Shown here one piece after another: positions 28,541 through 37,852 of a stretch of DNA of 64,000 nt; the first letter of the stretch is position 1; each line of letters begins with the position of its first letter. The stretch spans positions 101,067 to 165,066 of the forward strand of contig JBEKVT010000001.1 in NCBI GenBank assembly GCA_049997795.1, in the 5' to 3' direction. The position numbers and the translations under genes were made by a program. The stretch comes from Minisyncoccia bacterium (GTDB lineage Bacteria > Patescibacteriota > Minisyncoccia > Phycocordibacterales > PALSA-1337). The notes below the pieces were generated by a model, which made no database searches, was not told the origin of the DNA, and saw only the letters and a program-made list of their open reading frames with translations.

Positions 28541-29269
28541 TTATTTCTTCGGGGCAAGGGCTGACCTCTGGACCTTCGAGAGCTTCTCCAGGGCGGCGAT
28601 GGCTACTCTGGCGTTATTGAGCTTGTTCTTGCTGCCGGAGAGGTACTTGGCGCAGATATCCTTGATGCCGGCCAATTCGATGACCGCTCTGGCGGAAGAG
28701 CCGGCCACGACTCCGGAACCGCGAGCCGGGAAGATCTTTATCCTGGAGCTGCCGAGCTTAGCTTCGACGGCATGCGGAATAGTCATATACTGCGAGAGCG
28801 GGACTTTTATGAGATGCTTCTTGGCTTCGCGGGTGGCCTTCTCCATGGCCACAGCGGTGTCGGCGCCTTTGCCGAGACCGACTCCGACACGGCCCTTCCT
28901 GTCGCCCGCGACCACGGCCACGCTGAAATTGAGCCGTCGGCCGCCGGCAGTCACTCTGGTGACCCGGCGGACGTCGATGATCCTGGAATCGAATTCCGGC
29001 TTGACGCGCTCACGGTTGTCTCCGCCTCTTCCGCCGCCGCGGCCTCCCCTCCTCCCGCCGCCCGGGCCCTGCATGGAGGCGCCCCGGCCGCCGCGGCGGG
29101 CCGAATCGCGCATCCTGCGGCCCGGCGTGATCTTGCCCGTCGGAGCGGGCGCGGGGACCGGAGCCGGGACCGCTTCGGCCTGCGCCTCTTCGGGCACGGC
29201 CGGAAGATCGGCTGCTGGCAAGGCCTGCGTCTCTTCTCTTTCTTCTTTTTTGATCTCTGGGTCTTTCAT
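28541..29269 (-). CDS. rpsE: 30S ribosomal protein S5 with long N-terminal extension
   Basis: RRVTRVTAGGRR, GVGLGKG, ELAGIKDI. Confidence 0.96.
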   Translation of the reverse strand: MKDPEIKKEEREETQALPAADLPAVPEEAQAEAVPAPVPAPAPTGKITPGRRMRDSARRGGRGASMQGPGGGRRGGRGGGRGGDNRERVKPEFDSRIIDVRRVTRVTAGGRRLNFSVAVVAGDRKGRVGVGLGKGADTAVAMEKATREAKKHLIKVPLSQYMTIPHAVEAKLGSSRIKIFPARGSGVVAGSSARAVIELAGIKDICAKYLSGSKNKLNNARVAIAALEKLSKVQRSALAPKK

Positions 29270-29274
29270 GATAT

Positions 29275-29625
29275 TCAGAATTGAAGGCCTCCTTCCCTGG
29301 CGGCTTCCGCCACCACCTTGATCTTGCCGGCGAAAGGATAGCCGCCCCGATCGAAGACGACCTTGACGATCTTGGCCGCTTTGGCTTTCTTGGCGATCTC
29401 GAGGCCGACTTCCTTGGCTCGTTCGACCGGCTTCTTGCCGTCCGCCCTGCGGGAATCGGCGGCGGCCAAGGTGCGGCCCTTATCGTCGTCTATCAATTGG
29501 GCGTAGATGTACCGGTGCGACTTGAAGACGGACAGGCGCGGACGCTCCGCCGTGCCGTTTATCTTGGCGCGGACACGGGCCCTCCTGCGGGCGAAAGTAA
29601 TCTGTTTCTTTTCTAGGGTGTTCAT
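29275..29625 (-). CDS. rplR: 50S ribosomal protein L18
   Basis: RPRLSVFKS, VVFDRGGY. Confidence 0.97.
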   Translation of the reverse strand: MNTLEKKQITFARRRARVRAKINGTAERPRLSVFKSHRYIYAQLIDDDKGRTLAAADSRRADGKKPVERAKEVGLEIAKKAKAAKIVKVVFDRGGYPFAGKIKVVAEAAREGGLQF

Positions 29626-29651
29626 GGTGATTATGTGCCAATCGTCCCGGC

Positions 29652-30185
29652 CTAAGCGGCCTTCTTGCCCTGTTTCCTCCGGATGACCTCGTCCGAGTAG
29701 CGGATGCCCTTGCCGAGATACGGCTCCGGCTTCTTCAGGGCCCTGACGTCGGCGGCGAACTGGCCGACTTTCTCGCAGTCCACGCCGGAGATGGTGATGT
29801 TGTTCTTCTCGGTGGTCACCTTGAGGTCGGCCGGGATGGGCATGACGACGGGATGGGAGAAGCCGAGCGAAAGGGCCAGGTCCTTGCCCTTGACGTCCGC
29901 CTTGAAGCCGATGCCTTCGACTATGAGCTTCTTCTCGTACGGCTTATTGACTCCCGAGAGCATGTTCCTGACGTGCGAGGCGTAGGTGCCGACGGCGACC
30001 TTGGCCTCCGGCGAGCCGCTTGCCGGCGCCAGGATGACCTTGCCGCCCTCGACGGCGATCGAGACCAGCGGCCGGAAGGCCTTCGAGACCGTGCCGAGCG
30101 GACCCTTGACGGCCATCACGCCGCCCGAGTATGAGACCTCGGTCTTGGGCGGGATGATGATGGGCTTTTTGGCTAGGCGCGACAT
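29652..30185 (-). CDS. rplF: 50S ribosomal protein L6
   Basis: MSRLAKKPI, PEPYLGKGIRY. Confidence 0.97.
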   Translation of the reverse strand: MSRLAKKPIIIPPKTEVSYSGGVMAVKGPLGTVSKAFRPLVSIAVEGGKVILAPASGSPEAKVAVGTYASHVRNMLSGVNKPYEKKLIVEGIGFKADVKGKDLALSLGFSHPVVMPIPADLKVTTEKNNITISGVDCEKVGQFAADVRALKKPEPYLGKGIRYSDEVIRRKQGKKAA

Positions 30186-30204
30186 GATATTGAAATAGGC
30201 ATTA

Positions 30205-30600
30205 TCACCAGATCTTGAAAAGGACTTCCCCGCCGGCCCTCGTCTTCTTGGCGTCTTCGTCCATGAGCACTCCCTTCGGCGTAGACAGGAAGGTGTTGCC
30301 GAAGCCGCTCCGGAAGGCGCGGATGTCGCCGGCTCTCTGATAGACCCGGCGCGACGGCTTGGAGACGCGTTCCACTCCGTGGATCCTCGGGCCGGCCTGG
30401 TCGAAATATCGAAGGCCGATCTCCAGGCTCCTGTCGAAGAGCTCGCCTTTCTTCTCGACCGATTCGATGTAGCCGGCCTTCTTCAGGGCGTAGGCGACGT
30501 TCTCGGCGAACTTCGAATACGGCACTTCGACCGACGGTTTCTTGGCGTTCGAGCCGTTCTTCAGGCGGATGATGAAATCTCCGATGGGGTCGGTCACCAT
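30205..30600 (-). CDS. rpsH: 30S ribosomal protein S8
   Basis: [21 protein letters not shown]. Confidence 0.97.
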   Translation of the reverse strand: MVTDPIGDFIIRLKNGSNAKKPSVEVPYSKFAENVAYALKKAGYIESVEKKGELFDRSLEIGLRYFDQAGPRIHGVERVSKPSRRVYQRAGDIRAFRSGFGNTFLSTPKGVLMDEDAKKTRAGGEVLFKIW

Positions 30601-30779
30601 GATGATTTCTTGATGCCGGGGATCATGCCTTCATTGGCGAATTCGCGGAAGCAGATGCGGCAAAGGTCGAAATCCCTCATGTAGCCGCGCTTCCGGCCGC
30701 AACGGAAACAGCGCCGGACCACGCGCGACTTGAATTTCGGCTTCCTTTTCGACCTGACGACGACTGACGTCTTTGCCAT
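30594..30779 (-). CDS. rpsN: 30S ribosomal protein S14, zinc-binding type
   Basis: CFRCGR...CRICFRE. Confidence 0.97.
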   Translation of the reverse strand: MAKTSVVVRSKRKPKFKSRVVRRCFRCGRKRGYMRDFDLCRICFREFANEGMIPGIKKSSW

Positions 30780-30897
30780 GGATGTTCGGGTAGCTCCGTT
30801 CCCCGGAAAAACAAAGGGGATTGGTCAGCTCCGCCCTGCCGGGGTTCGCTTCCAATCGCTTTTTCCTCGAAATGCCGGGTATCTAGAGGTAAGGGAG

Positions 30898-30926
30898 ATG
30901 CTAACAGATGCCCGGTGGCGAGTCAA
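30898..30926 (-). promoter_or_regulatory. Promoter re-initiating the spc operon at rpsN
   Basis: TTGACT-17-TAGCAT. Confidence 0.55.
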
Positions 30927-30953
30927 GGCTCGGGACCGGCCGGGGGCTCGCCA

Positions 30954-31298
30954 CTAATCGCCCCCTTTCAGGGCGTTCAGGAGGCCGTGGATGACCGCGA
31001 GGACAAGAGCGAAGAAGAAGGCCGCCCAGAAGCCGGACACCGTGAAATCCGGCACCATATAGGCGGCTAGCATCACCAGGGCGGCGTTGATGACCAAGGT
31101 GAAGAGGCCGAGAGTGATCACGTTTATCGGCAGGGTCAGGAAGATCAGTATCGGCCTAAGGAGCATGTTGATGGCGCCGAGCACCGCGGCGAGGATGAGC
31201 GCCGCCACGAAGCCGCTCACGGCCACGCCGGGCAGGATGTAGGCAGTCACGAGTATGGCCGCGGCGTATAGGAACCAGTTGAGGATCAATTTGATCAT
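30954..31298 (-). CDS. 4-TM phage-holin-superfamily (YvlD-like) membrane protein
   Basis: RPIL..LTLPINVITLGLF.LVINA. Confidence 0.88.
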   Translation of the reverse strand: MIKLILNWFLYAAAILVTAYILPGVAVSGFVAALILAAVLGAINMLLRPILIFLTLPINVITLGLFTLVINAALVMLAAYMVPDFTVSGFWAAFFFALVLAVIHGLLNALKGGD

Positions 31299-31399
31299 TG
31301 CGAGATAGATGATACCAGAAGAGAGCCGCCTCGGCTATCCCTTTTCTCGCCTTGACCGGTTCACTATCCCAGGGTAAGGTGAAGAAAAAGGAGGTTGTT

Positions 31400-31819
31400 A
31401 TGGATAAAAACAGTTCTTCGAACAATAACAATGTAAGGTGGTTCATCAAGGCCATCAGCACCAATCTCAAGACTGCAATCGAGCAGAGGGACGACAAAAT
31501 GATCACTGCTCGGTATAAGGTGAGTTGTGTCGATCGTAACGGCAGAGAGATCGGTCCGTATAGTCTCTATGAGATCCCGGCTGATTTCAAAGACGACATC
31601 GTCAAGAACAGGGTCGACTTCGGTTTCGAGTTCGTGCTGTTCCGCGCCGTGGGCGAAGGCCGGCCGGTCGTCTATTACGAATGGCCCAGAGGCAGACCTG
31701 CTTACCCGGCGCCAAAACACCGGCGGCTGAAGAAGGGTTCGGTCTTCCCGGGCAGCGCCCTTCTCGGCGACAGAGTGCTCTTCGCTGAAAGAGCTGCCCG
31801 CGTCGATAGCCACCCCTAG
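31400..31819 (+). CDS. Hypothetical protein
   Basis: AAGGAGG SD before ATG 31400; terminator gcggagctctgctccgc-TTTTTT follows. Confidence 0.6.
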   Translation: MDKNSSSNNNNVRWFIKAISTNLKTAIEQRDDKMITARYKVSCVDRNGREIGPYSLYEIPADFKDDIVKNRVDFGFEFVLFRAVGEGRPVVYYEWPRGRPAYPAPKHRRLKKGSVFPGSALLGDRVLFAERAARVDSHP

Positions 31820-31863
31820 TCCCAGCCTTTCCCCGTAGGCGGAGCTCTGCTCCGCTTTTTTAT

Positions 31864-32496
31864 TCAACGATCCAAGGCCCTTGCCACTTCCGCGTCGCTC
31901 GTCTGGTCGAAATCGTCGTAATATTCCCCGACGGCGCCGAGATAATCGGGGTCGACGAAGATGGCGACAACATCGTCGGCCTCGGCCTTGAGGGCCTCGG
32001 CCGCGGACGCCGGCATGACAGGCACGGCGATGACAAGCCTCAATGGCTTCTGTTTCCGGAGCATCCTGGCCGCAGCCATGATCGTCAGGCCGGTGGCGAT
32101 GCCGTCGTCAGTGAGGATGGCTGTCTTGCCCGTCGCGGGAATGGCCGGCCGGCTGCCCTGATAGAGCTCCTTACGGCGCTTGATCTCCTCCGTTTGGCGC
32201 TCAATCTCCCGTTCGAGCCAATCACGGTCGACCGTCTTCAATTCAGTTCCTTGGCCGACGAATGTCCCGTCTTCGGCCACTGCTCCGATCGCATATTCTG
32301 GATGGAGCGGGTGTCCGATCTTGCGGGTGATAGCCAGCTCGAGAGGCGCTTTCAGATGTTTTGCTGCTTCCGCGGCCACGATCACGCCGCCGCGCGGCAG
32401 GCCGTATATCACTGTCTTCGGCGAAAGGTACGGTTCGAGCAACTTCGCCAGCCGTTGGCCGGCATCAGCCCGGTTTTTGAAGCATGGCCTGTTCAT
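31864..32496 (-). CDS. Phosphoribosyltransferase family protein
   Basis: FKNRADAG, LPRGGV, DDGIATG. Confidence 0.9.
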   Translation of the reverse strand: MNRPCFKNRADAGQRLAKLLEPYLSPKTVIYGLPRGGVIVAAEAAKHLKAPLELAITRKIGHPLHPEYAIGAVAEDGTFVGQGTELKTVDRDWLEREIERQTEEIKRRKELYQGSRPAIPATGKTAILTDDGIATGLTIMAAARMLRKQKPLRLVIAVPVMPASAAEALKAEADDVVAIFVDPDYLGAVGEYYDDFDQTSDAEVARALDR

Positions 32497-32882
32497 GATC
32501 TCTTGCTCTTCTCCCGCTTCACCACCTCGTCTTCGTTCAGGCCGAAATGGTGCGCCACCTCGTGCCAGATCGTTTCTTCCACGACCCGCTGCACCGGGAT
32601 ACCGTCCTCTTCAGCGGCCTTGAGGATCGGCCGGCGGTACAGAGTGATGGTATCCGGTAGGGTGCCGGCTATGCCGTAGCTCTCGCCTCGGGCGGTCCGG
32701 GGGATGCCGTGATAGAGGCCGAGCAGAGTCTCGTCCTTAGCAAGCCCCATGTCGCGGCGCGTCTCTTCCGGCACATCGTCCTCGACGAGCAGAGCCGCAT
32801 TCTCGATCAGACCTCGGAACTTCTCCGGCACGGGCGAGAAGCCTACGTCCGCCACGAGCCTTTTGAATGCGGTCCAGTCCAT
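32493..32882 (-). CDS. Zincin-like metallopeptidase (DUF1025-like)
   Basis: LLGLYHG, PDTITLYR, HEVAHHFG. Confidence 0.88.
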   Translation of the reverse strand: MDWTAFKRLVADVGFSPVPEKFRGLIENAALLVEDDVPEETRRDMGLAKDETLLGLYHGIPRTARGESYGIAGTLPDTITLYRRPILKAAEEDGIPVQRVVEETIWHEVAHHFGLNEDEVVKREKSKRS

Positions 32883-32930
32883 ACGTCATTTATAGCACAA
32901 AAAACCGCCCGGGGTCCTTCCGAGCGGCTG

Positions 32931-33494
32931 TTATTTCTTCGCCTCTTCCCTCTTCAAGGGCAAGCCTAGGTGCTCGAGGAAGGCCAGAGTGGCGTTCTTG
33001 TCTCTCGAGGTGGTGACGATAGTGATGGACATGCCGAAGACGTCTTTCAGGTCCTCGTCGGCGGTCTCCGGGAATATGGTGTGCTCCTTTATGCCGATGG
33101 TGAAATTGCCCATGGCGTCGACGGAAGTCCTCGGCAGGCCACGGAAATCTTTGGTGCGGGGCAGGGCGAGGTGGATGAGACGGTCCAGGAAATCGGTCAT
33201 GCGCCTGCCGCGCAGGGTCACTTGGTAGGCGACCGGGTCGCCTTCGCGCGTCTTGAAAGAAGCGATGGCCTTTTTGGTGACCCGAACGGCCGGCTTCTGG
33301 CCGGTTATCCTGGTCAAGCGGTCGGCGATGAGCTCTATCTTCTTCTTGTCCTTGACCGAGCCGAAGCCGCTCGAGACGACGATCTTCGCGAGGCGCGGCG
33401 TCTGCATCGGGTTCGTGAGATGGAGCTTCCCGCCGAGGTCCCTGAAAGAATCCTTGCTGAGCTCGTATGAGGTTTTGGGCGTGATGACAGTCAT
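32931..33494 (-). CDS. rplE: 50S ribosomal protein L5
   Basis: ITGQKP, LPRTKDFRG, IFPE; start ATG 33494. Confidence 0.96.
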   Translation of the reverse strand: MTVITPKTSYELSKDSFRDLGGKLHLTNPMQTPRLAKIVVSSGFGSVKDKKKIELIADRLTRITGQKPAVRVTKKAIASFKTREGDPVAYQVTLRGRRMTDFLDRLIHLALPRTKDFRGLPRTSVDAMGNFTIGIKEHTIFPETADEDLKDVFGMSITIVTTSRDKNATLAFLEHLGLPLKREEAKK

Positions 33495-33505
33495 GGGGAT
33501 GGCGC

Positions 33506-33736
33506 TTATTTGGAGGCCTTGTCGGCTTTCACGGCCTTCGAAGCGTAGATCGGCATGGCCCGCTCGACGGTCTGGCCCTTGCCTTCCTGGGTCTTCGCGC
33601 GCTCGTGCTTCTTCATCACGTTCACGCCTTCGACCAGGATCTTGTTCTCGGCCGGAAAGGCCCGGAGGACCTTGGCGGTCTTGCCTTTGTCGTCGCCTGA
33701 AAGTATGGTCACCATATCTCCTTTCTTGATGCGCAT
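33506..33736 (-). CDS. rplX: 50S ribosomal protein L24 (short form)
   Basis: IKKGD.V..LSGDDKGK KOW motif. Confidence 0.94.
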   Translation of the reverse strand: MRIKKGDMVTILSGDDKGKTAKVLRAFPAENKILVEGVNVMKKHERAKTQEGKGQTVERAMPIYASKAVKADKASK

Positions 33737-33744
33737 GGTATGTA

Positions 33745-34116
33745 TCAGACGATCTCGGCCGCCCGGGAAGCGATGGTCTGGAAGCCGGCCTCCTGGACCT
33801 CGCGCGGGATCGGCCCGAATATGCGCCCGGCGATCGGCTCCTTTTTGCCCTTCTCGATGATGACCACGGCATTCTCGTCGAAACGGACGTATGAGCCGTC
33901 CTTGCGGCGAGTAGGTTTCACCTGGCGCACTACTACGGCGTGCAGGATGTCCTTCTTCTTGACGGCCTTACGCGGCTCGGCCTTCTGGACGGAAAGGACG
34001 ACCACTTCCCCGAGCTCGGCGGAGCGTTTCTTGGAAGCGCCGAGGACCTTGAAGATGCGCCCGATCTTGGCCCCGGAATTGTCCGCGATATTGACGATGG
34101 TTCTCGGCTGGATCAT
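33745..34116 (-). CDS. rplN: 50S ribosomal protein L14
   Basis: ADNSGAK, RFDENAVV, RIFGP. Confidence 0.97.
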   Translation of the reverse strand: MIQPRTIVNIADNSGAKIGRIFKVLGASKKRSAELGEVVVLSVQKAEPRKAVKKKDILHAVVVRQVKPTRRKDGSYVRFDENAVVIIEKGKKEPIAGRIFGPIPREVQEAGFQTIASRAAEIV

Positions 34117-34141
34117 GGGATTATTGTCTGGGTGGCGCCGA

Positions 34142-34417
34142 TCAGGCGACTATCTTGAAGGCCTTGCGCTTCGATATCGGCCGGCAGGCTTCGACCGTCG
34201 CCTTCTCTCCTTCTTTCTTGGTGTTGCCCGGGTCGTGGGCCATGACTTTCGTCCGGCGGACGACGTACTTGCCGTACTTCGGGTGCTTGACGTAGCGCAG
34301 GACGAGGATGACTGCCGTGTCTTTCATCTTGCTTGAAACCACCGTGCCAGTCATGGTCTGGCGGCGGATGCCGGCGTTCTTCTGCTTCGCTCCTCTGTCG
34401 GTCGTTTTGTTAGACAT
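34142..34417 (-). CDS. rpsQ: 30S ribosomal protein S17
   Basis: GTVVSSKMKDT, HPKYGK, RPISKRK. Confidence 0.96.
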   Translation of the reverse strand: MSNKTTDRGAKQKNAGIRRQTMTGTVVSSKMKDTAVILVLRYVKHPKYGKYVVRRTKVMAHDPGNTKKEGEKATVEACRPISKRKAFKIVA

Positions 34418-34460
34418 GGTATTCGAGTGTATGCGATAAGTCGGCGCTTGTCCAGAAAAT

Positions 34461-34658
34461 TCAGGCTTTCTTCGCCTTTATGTCGTTAAGGGCCGTCAAG
34501 ATCCTGGCGATGTCCTTCCTCACGGCCCGGCCTTCGCGGACGTTCTTCGATTTGGCTCCGGCGGCCCCGAACCGGAAGACGCGCAAGGTCTCGCGCTTGT
34601 CGGAAAGCATCTTGAGGAGGTCGGCGGCGGTCTTGTTGACGATGTCTTTGCTCTTCAT
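34461..34658 (-). CDS. rpmC: 50S ribosomal protein L29
   Basis: RKDIARILT; operon position. Confidence 0.93.
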   Translation of the reverse strand: MKSKDIVNKTAADLLKMLSDKRETLRVFRFGAAGAKSKNVREGRAVRKDIARILTALNDIKAKKA

Positions 34659-34667
34659 GATGATTTA

Positions 34668-35093
34668 TCAGGCGCGACTGACCACTCTCGTCTTCACCGG
34701 CAGCTTGGTGCCGGCTTTGCGCAGGGCCTCGGCGGCCACCTCCGGCTCGACTCCGTCTATCTCGAAGACGATGCGGCCGGGCTTGACCTCGGCGATGAAG
34801 CCCTGTGGGTCGCCCTTGCCTTTGCCCATCTTCACTTCGGCCGGCTTCTGGGTGAACGGATGGTCCGGGAAGACGCGGATCCAGACCTTGCCGGTCTTCC
34901 CCGCGTGGTGCATGGCCGCCTTCCTGGCCGCCTCGATCTGGTTCGAAGTCACCCTGGCGTACTTCGTCGCCTTGAGGCCGTAAGAGCCGAAAGCCAGTTC
35001 TATACCGCGCGTCTCCGCGTGAGCGGCTTCTTTCACCGGATGCTCCCGCATAGTGAACCACTTGCGATGTTTGACTTTTTTGGGGAATAGCAT
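34668..35093 (-). CDS. rplP: 50S ribosomal protein L16
   Basis: QIEAAR, WIRVFPD, MGKGKG. Confidence 0.97.
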   Translation of the reverse strand: MLFPKKVKHRKWFTMREHPVKEAAHAETRGIELAFGSYGLKATKYARVTSNQIEAARKAAMHHAGKTGKVWIRVFPDHPFTQKPAEVKMGKGKGDPQGFIAEVKPGRIVFEIDGVEPEVAAEALRKAGTKLPVKTRVVSRA

Positions 35094-35102
35094 GGCGGTA
35101 GC

Positions 35103-35786
35103 TTATGCGGGGCGCTCTCCCTTCTGGTCCTTCTTGAATATCTCGCCCTTGTATATCCAGACCTTGATGCCGAGGTCACCGTAGGTCATGTGGGCCTTCT
35201 CGCGGGCGAAATCGATGTCGGCCCGCAGGGTCTGAAGGGGCACCCGGCCGCGCTTCATCTCCTCGGAGCGGGCGATCTCCGCCCCGCCCAGGCGGCCGCC
35301 CAGGTAGACGCGCACGCCCTTGACCTCCTTGTTGGCCATGACCTTCTCGAGAGTCTGCTTCATGACGCGGCGGAAAGGCAGGCGCTTCTCCAGGGCCTCG
35401 GCTATCATGAGGCCCACGATGGCGGCGTTCGATTCCGGGCTCCTGACCTCTTCGACGTCGAGCTTCAGCTCCTGGCCGCCCAAGTCGATATGATTCTTCG
35501 TAAGGAGAGCCAGGACCTTCGCCCGCAATTTGGTGATGCCGTCGCCGGCCTTGCCTATGAGCATGCCGGGACGCGAGGTCTTGATGATGATCCGGAGGAC
35601 TTTTTGGCTGCGCTCGATCTCGAGCCCGCCCAAAAAGTACGGCCGGAGCTCCTTCACCAAGAATTCGCGGATCACGATGTCGGCTTTCAGGGCTGCGCGG
35701 TAATTCTTGTGCAAAAGGAACCAGCGGCTCTTCCAGTCGCGGGTGATCCCCAGTCTGTGCGAATACGGATGGACGGTGTGAGACAT
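35103..35786 (-). CDS. rpsC: 30S ribosomal protein S3
   Basis: HPYSHRLGI, GRLGGAEIAR, PLQTLRADID. Confidence 0.97.
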   Translation of the reverse strand: MSHTVHPYSHRLGITRDWKSRWFLLHKNYRAALKADIVIREFLVKELRPYFLGGLEIERSQKVLRIIIKTSRPGMLIGKAGDGITKLRAKVLALLTKNHIDLGGQELKLDVEEVRSPESNAAIVGLMIAEALEKRLPFRRVMKQTLEKVMANKEVKGVRVYLGGRLGGAEIARSEEMKRGRVPLQTLRADIDFAREKAHMTYGDLGIKVWIYKGEIFKKDQKGERPA

Positions 35787-35787
35787 G

Positions 35788-36126
35788 TTACTTCGTGGGA
35801 AGCGGGGCAAGCACCAAGGTGACGTTCGCGGTGCGCTTCTTTATGGGGAAGGCCGAGCCCCGCGCCATCGGCATCGAGCGCTTCAGGGTGCGGCCCTGAT
35901 CGACGCGGATCTCCTTGACGTACAGGTTCTCGGCTTCGAGCTTGAAATTATGAGAGGCATTCGAGACGGCCGAATCGATGAGGTCGGATATCGGGTGGCG
36001 GGCCTTCTTCCCGGCGTTTCCCAGGATGGCCTTGGCTTCGTTCGCATTCTTGCCGCGGATCATATCGGCCACCAGGCGGACCTTGCGGGGAGAGATCCTG
36101 TAGTTTTGAAGGGTGGCGATGATCAT
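35788..36126 (-). CDS. rplV: 50S ribosomal protein L22
   Basis: RISPRKVRLVADMIRG. Confidence 0.97.
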   Translation of the reverse strand: MIIATLQNYRISPRKVRLVADMIRGKNANEAKAILGNAGKKARHPISDLIDSAVSNASHNFKLEAENLYVKEIRVDQGRTLKRSMPMARGSAFPIKKRTANVTLVLAPLPTK

Positions 36127-36153
36127 GGCGGTGTGTTGTCGGGCGTCAGCGGA

Positions 36154-36504
36154 TTATTTCTTCGTGTCGGCGGCTAGGGCGGCGGCTTTGGCGGCCTGAG
36201 CAGAAGCGATCTCGGCCTCCTTGGCCTTGATCTCGAGCTCTTTCTGCATCTTGCCGCCGTGGCGGACGAACTTCTTAGTGGGCGAAAATTCACCGAGGCG
36301 GTGTCCTACCATGTCCTCGGTGACGAATACTTCTATATGCTGTTTGCCGTTGTGGACGCCGAAAGTGAAGCCGATCATCTCCGGCGAGATCTGGGAGCGG
36401 CGGGCCCAAGTATTCACCACGCCCAAAGAGGCCGGCTTCTTGCCGGAGATCTTTTTGATGATCGATTCATCGACGTAAGGGCCTTTTTTTAGCGAGCGGG
36501 ACAT
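36154..36504 (-). CDS. rpsS: 30S ribosomal protein S19
   Basis: [24 protein letters not shown]. Confidence 0.97.
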   Translation of the reverse strand: MSRSLKKGPYVDESIIKKISGKKPASLGVVNTWARRSQISPEMIGFTFGVHNGKQHIEVFVTEDMVGHRLGEFSPTKKFVRHGGKMQKELEIKAKEAEIASAQAAKAAALAADTKK

Positions 36505-36547
36505 TGAGGCTTGTAGAAAGAAAATCAGCTCCGAGGAGCTTCCCCGC

Positions 36548-36576
36548 ATAGTAGCAGAGCCGTATTTTTAAGTCAA
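36548..36576 (-). promoter_or_regulatory. Promoter re-initiating the S10 operon at rpsS
   Basis: TTGACT-17-TACTAT. Confidence 0.55.
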
Positions 36577-36585
36577 TATGATATA

Positions 36586-37386
36586 ATGAGCGGCATCATT
36601 ATGAACGTCTATCTCGTGGCCGCCGTGGTCGTCATCGCCTTGACCGGGGCCGCCATGGCGGCCATTCTGGCCGTCTTGTGGCGCAAGCTCCGTGAGGACG
36701 AGAGCATGAAGCGCGAGTTCGCCTCCATCATCGCCCACAAGTTCCGCACTCCCCTGACCCACATCAAATGGTCGGCCGACAACCTGATCATGAGCGAGAC
36801 GGATCCGTACAGCAAGCGCAGTCTCGCCGACATCAAGGAATCCAACGAGAAGCTCATCAAGCTGACCGGCACGCTCCTCGAGCTTACCGATTCGGACGAC
36901 GCCGCGGTCTCGTCGTACAAATTCGAGCGCCTCGACATCTGTTCCCTGGCCCGGACCGCCGTCGAGGCTTCGAGGAAGGCTCTCCACGAGAAGAACCTGT
37001 TCCTGTCGATCAATTGCGCGGAACCGGAGATATTCGTCAGAGCGGACCGTTCGCGGATGGAGTTCGTCCTAGCCGCTCTCCTCGACAATGCCTGCCTCTA
37101 CAGCCCGCCCGGACGCGACGTCTCTGTGGCCGTGTCGGCAGAAGGCAGCGATGCCGCCATATCGGTCACCGACAACGGCATCGGCATGGCTCCGGCCGAC
37201 ATTTCAAGGGTCTTCACCAAGTTCTTCCGGTCCAAAGAGGCTAAGGCGGCCGACAGCGAGGGGTTCGGCGTCAGCTTGTATCTGGCTCAGAGCGTCGCGA
37301 GGCGCCACGGCGGTAAGATCCGGGCCGAGTCCGAAGGATCGGGCAAGGGCTCGACCTTCAGCGTCGTCCTGCCGAGAGTGAATTGA
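36586..37386 (+). CDS. Orphan sensor histidine kinase (one TM, no sensor domain)
   Basis: AHKFRTPLT H-box, LLDNA, DNGIG, GKGSTF. Confidence 0.88.
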   Translation: MSGIIMNVYLVAAVVVIALTGAAMAAILAVLWRKLREDESMKREFASIIAHKFRTPLTHIKWSADNLIMSETDPYSKRSLADIKESNEKLIKLTGTLLELTDSDDAAVSSYKFERLDICSLARTAVEASRKALHEKNLFLSINCAEPEIFVRADRSRMEFVLAALLDNACLYSPPGRDVSVAVSAEGSDAAISVTDNGIGMAPADISRVFTKFFRSKEAKAADSEGFGVSLYLAQSVARRHGGKIRAESEGSGKGSTFSVVLPRVN

Positions 37387-37417
37387 TCAGGTATATTTTT
37401 CCGGTCTCCTCCAGTAA

Positions 37418-37852
37418 TCACTTCCTGCCGCGCCGGCGCTTGTAGAAATTCTTCGATTCGCGGGTGATAGCCAGGATGCCGATCACGCCGATATAAGAGG
37501 CGCTGACTTCGGCCGGCAGATGGTATGACGGATTGTAGAAGGTGTCCCCGACGATGAGGGCAAGCACCAGGATCGTCCAGAGGATGGCATAGAGCTCGCC
37601 GGGATGCATGGAGCTGTGCATGTGGTGCCAGCGTCGGAATTCCTTCTCGGCGCTGTATATGGCGAGAAGAGCCGTGTAGATAGCGGCGATGGCCAGGAGA
37701 ACCTCGGCTTTCGAAAGGATATTGTCTTGGTAGAAATCGTAGGCGATGGCCGCGAAGAAGATCGCCGTCCAGAAATTGACCATGTGGCGCCAGAGCTTGA
37801 ACGAACCGGCCTTTTGAAGATCGAAGTGTTTCATGTTTGAGACCTGTATCAC
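37418..37852 (-). CDS. Hypothetical membrane protein
   Basis: Four TM helices; KEF.RW and GE.Y motifs. Confidence 0.7.
   Translation of the reverse strand: MIQVSNMKHFDLQKAGSFKLWRHMVNFWTAIFFAAIAYDFYQDNILSKAEVLLAIAAIYTALLAIYSAEKEFRRWHHMHSSMHPGELYAILWTILVLALIVGDTFYNPSYHLPAEVSASYIGVIGILAITRESKNFYKRRRGRK

Noticed and set aside
28530-28545. Absence of rpmD (L30) between rpsE and rplO
   Set aside because: Established CPR trait; used only as a taxonomic clue
30954-31298. Holin-family gene as prophage evidence
   Set aside because: This 4-TM family is common on chromosomes and no phage genes are adjacent
32931-33872. Long N-terminal extensions in ORF track for rplE, smpB, ABC permease and rplC
   Set aside because: Artefacts of upstream alternative starts overlapping neighbouring genes; homology begins at the later starts
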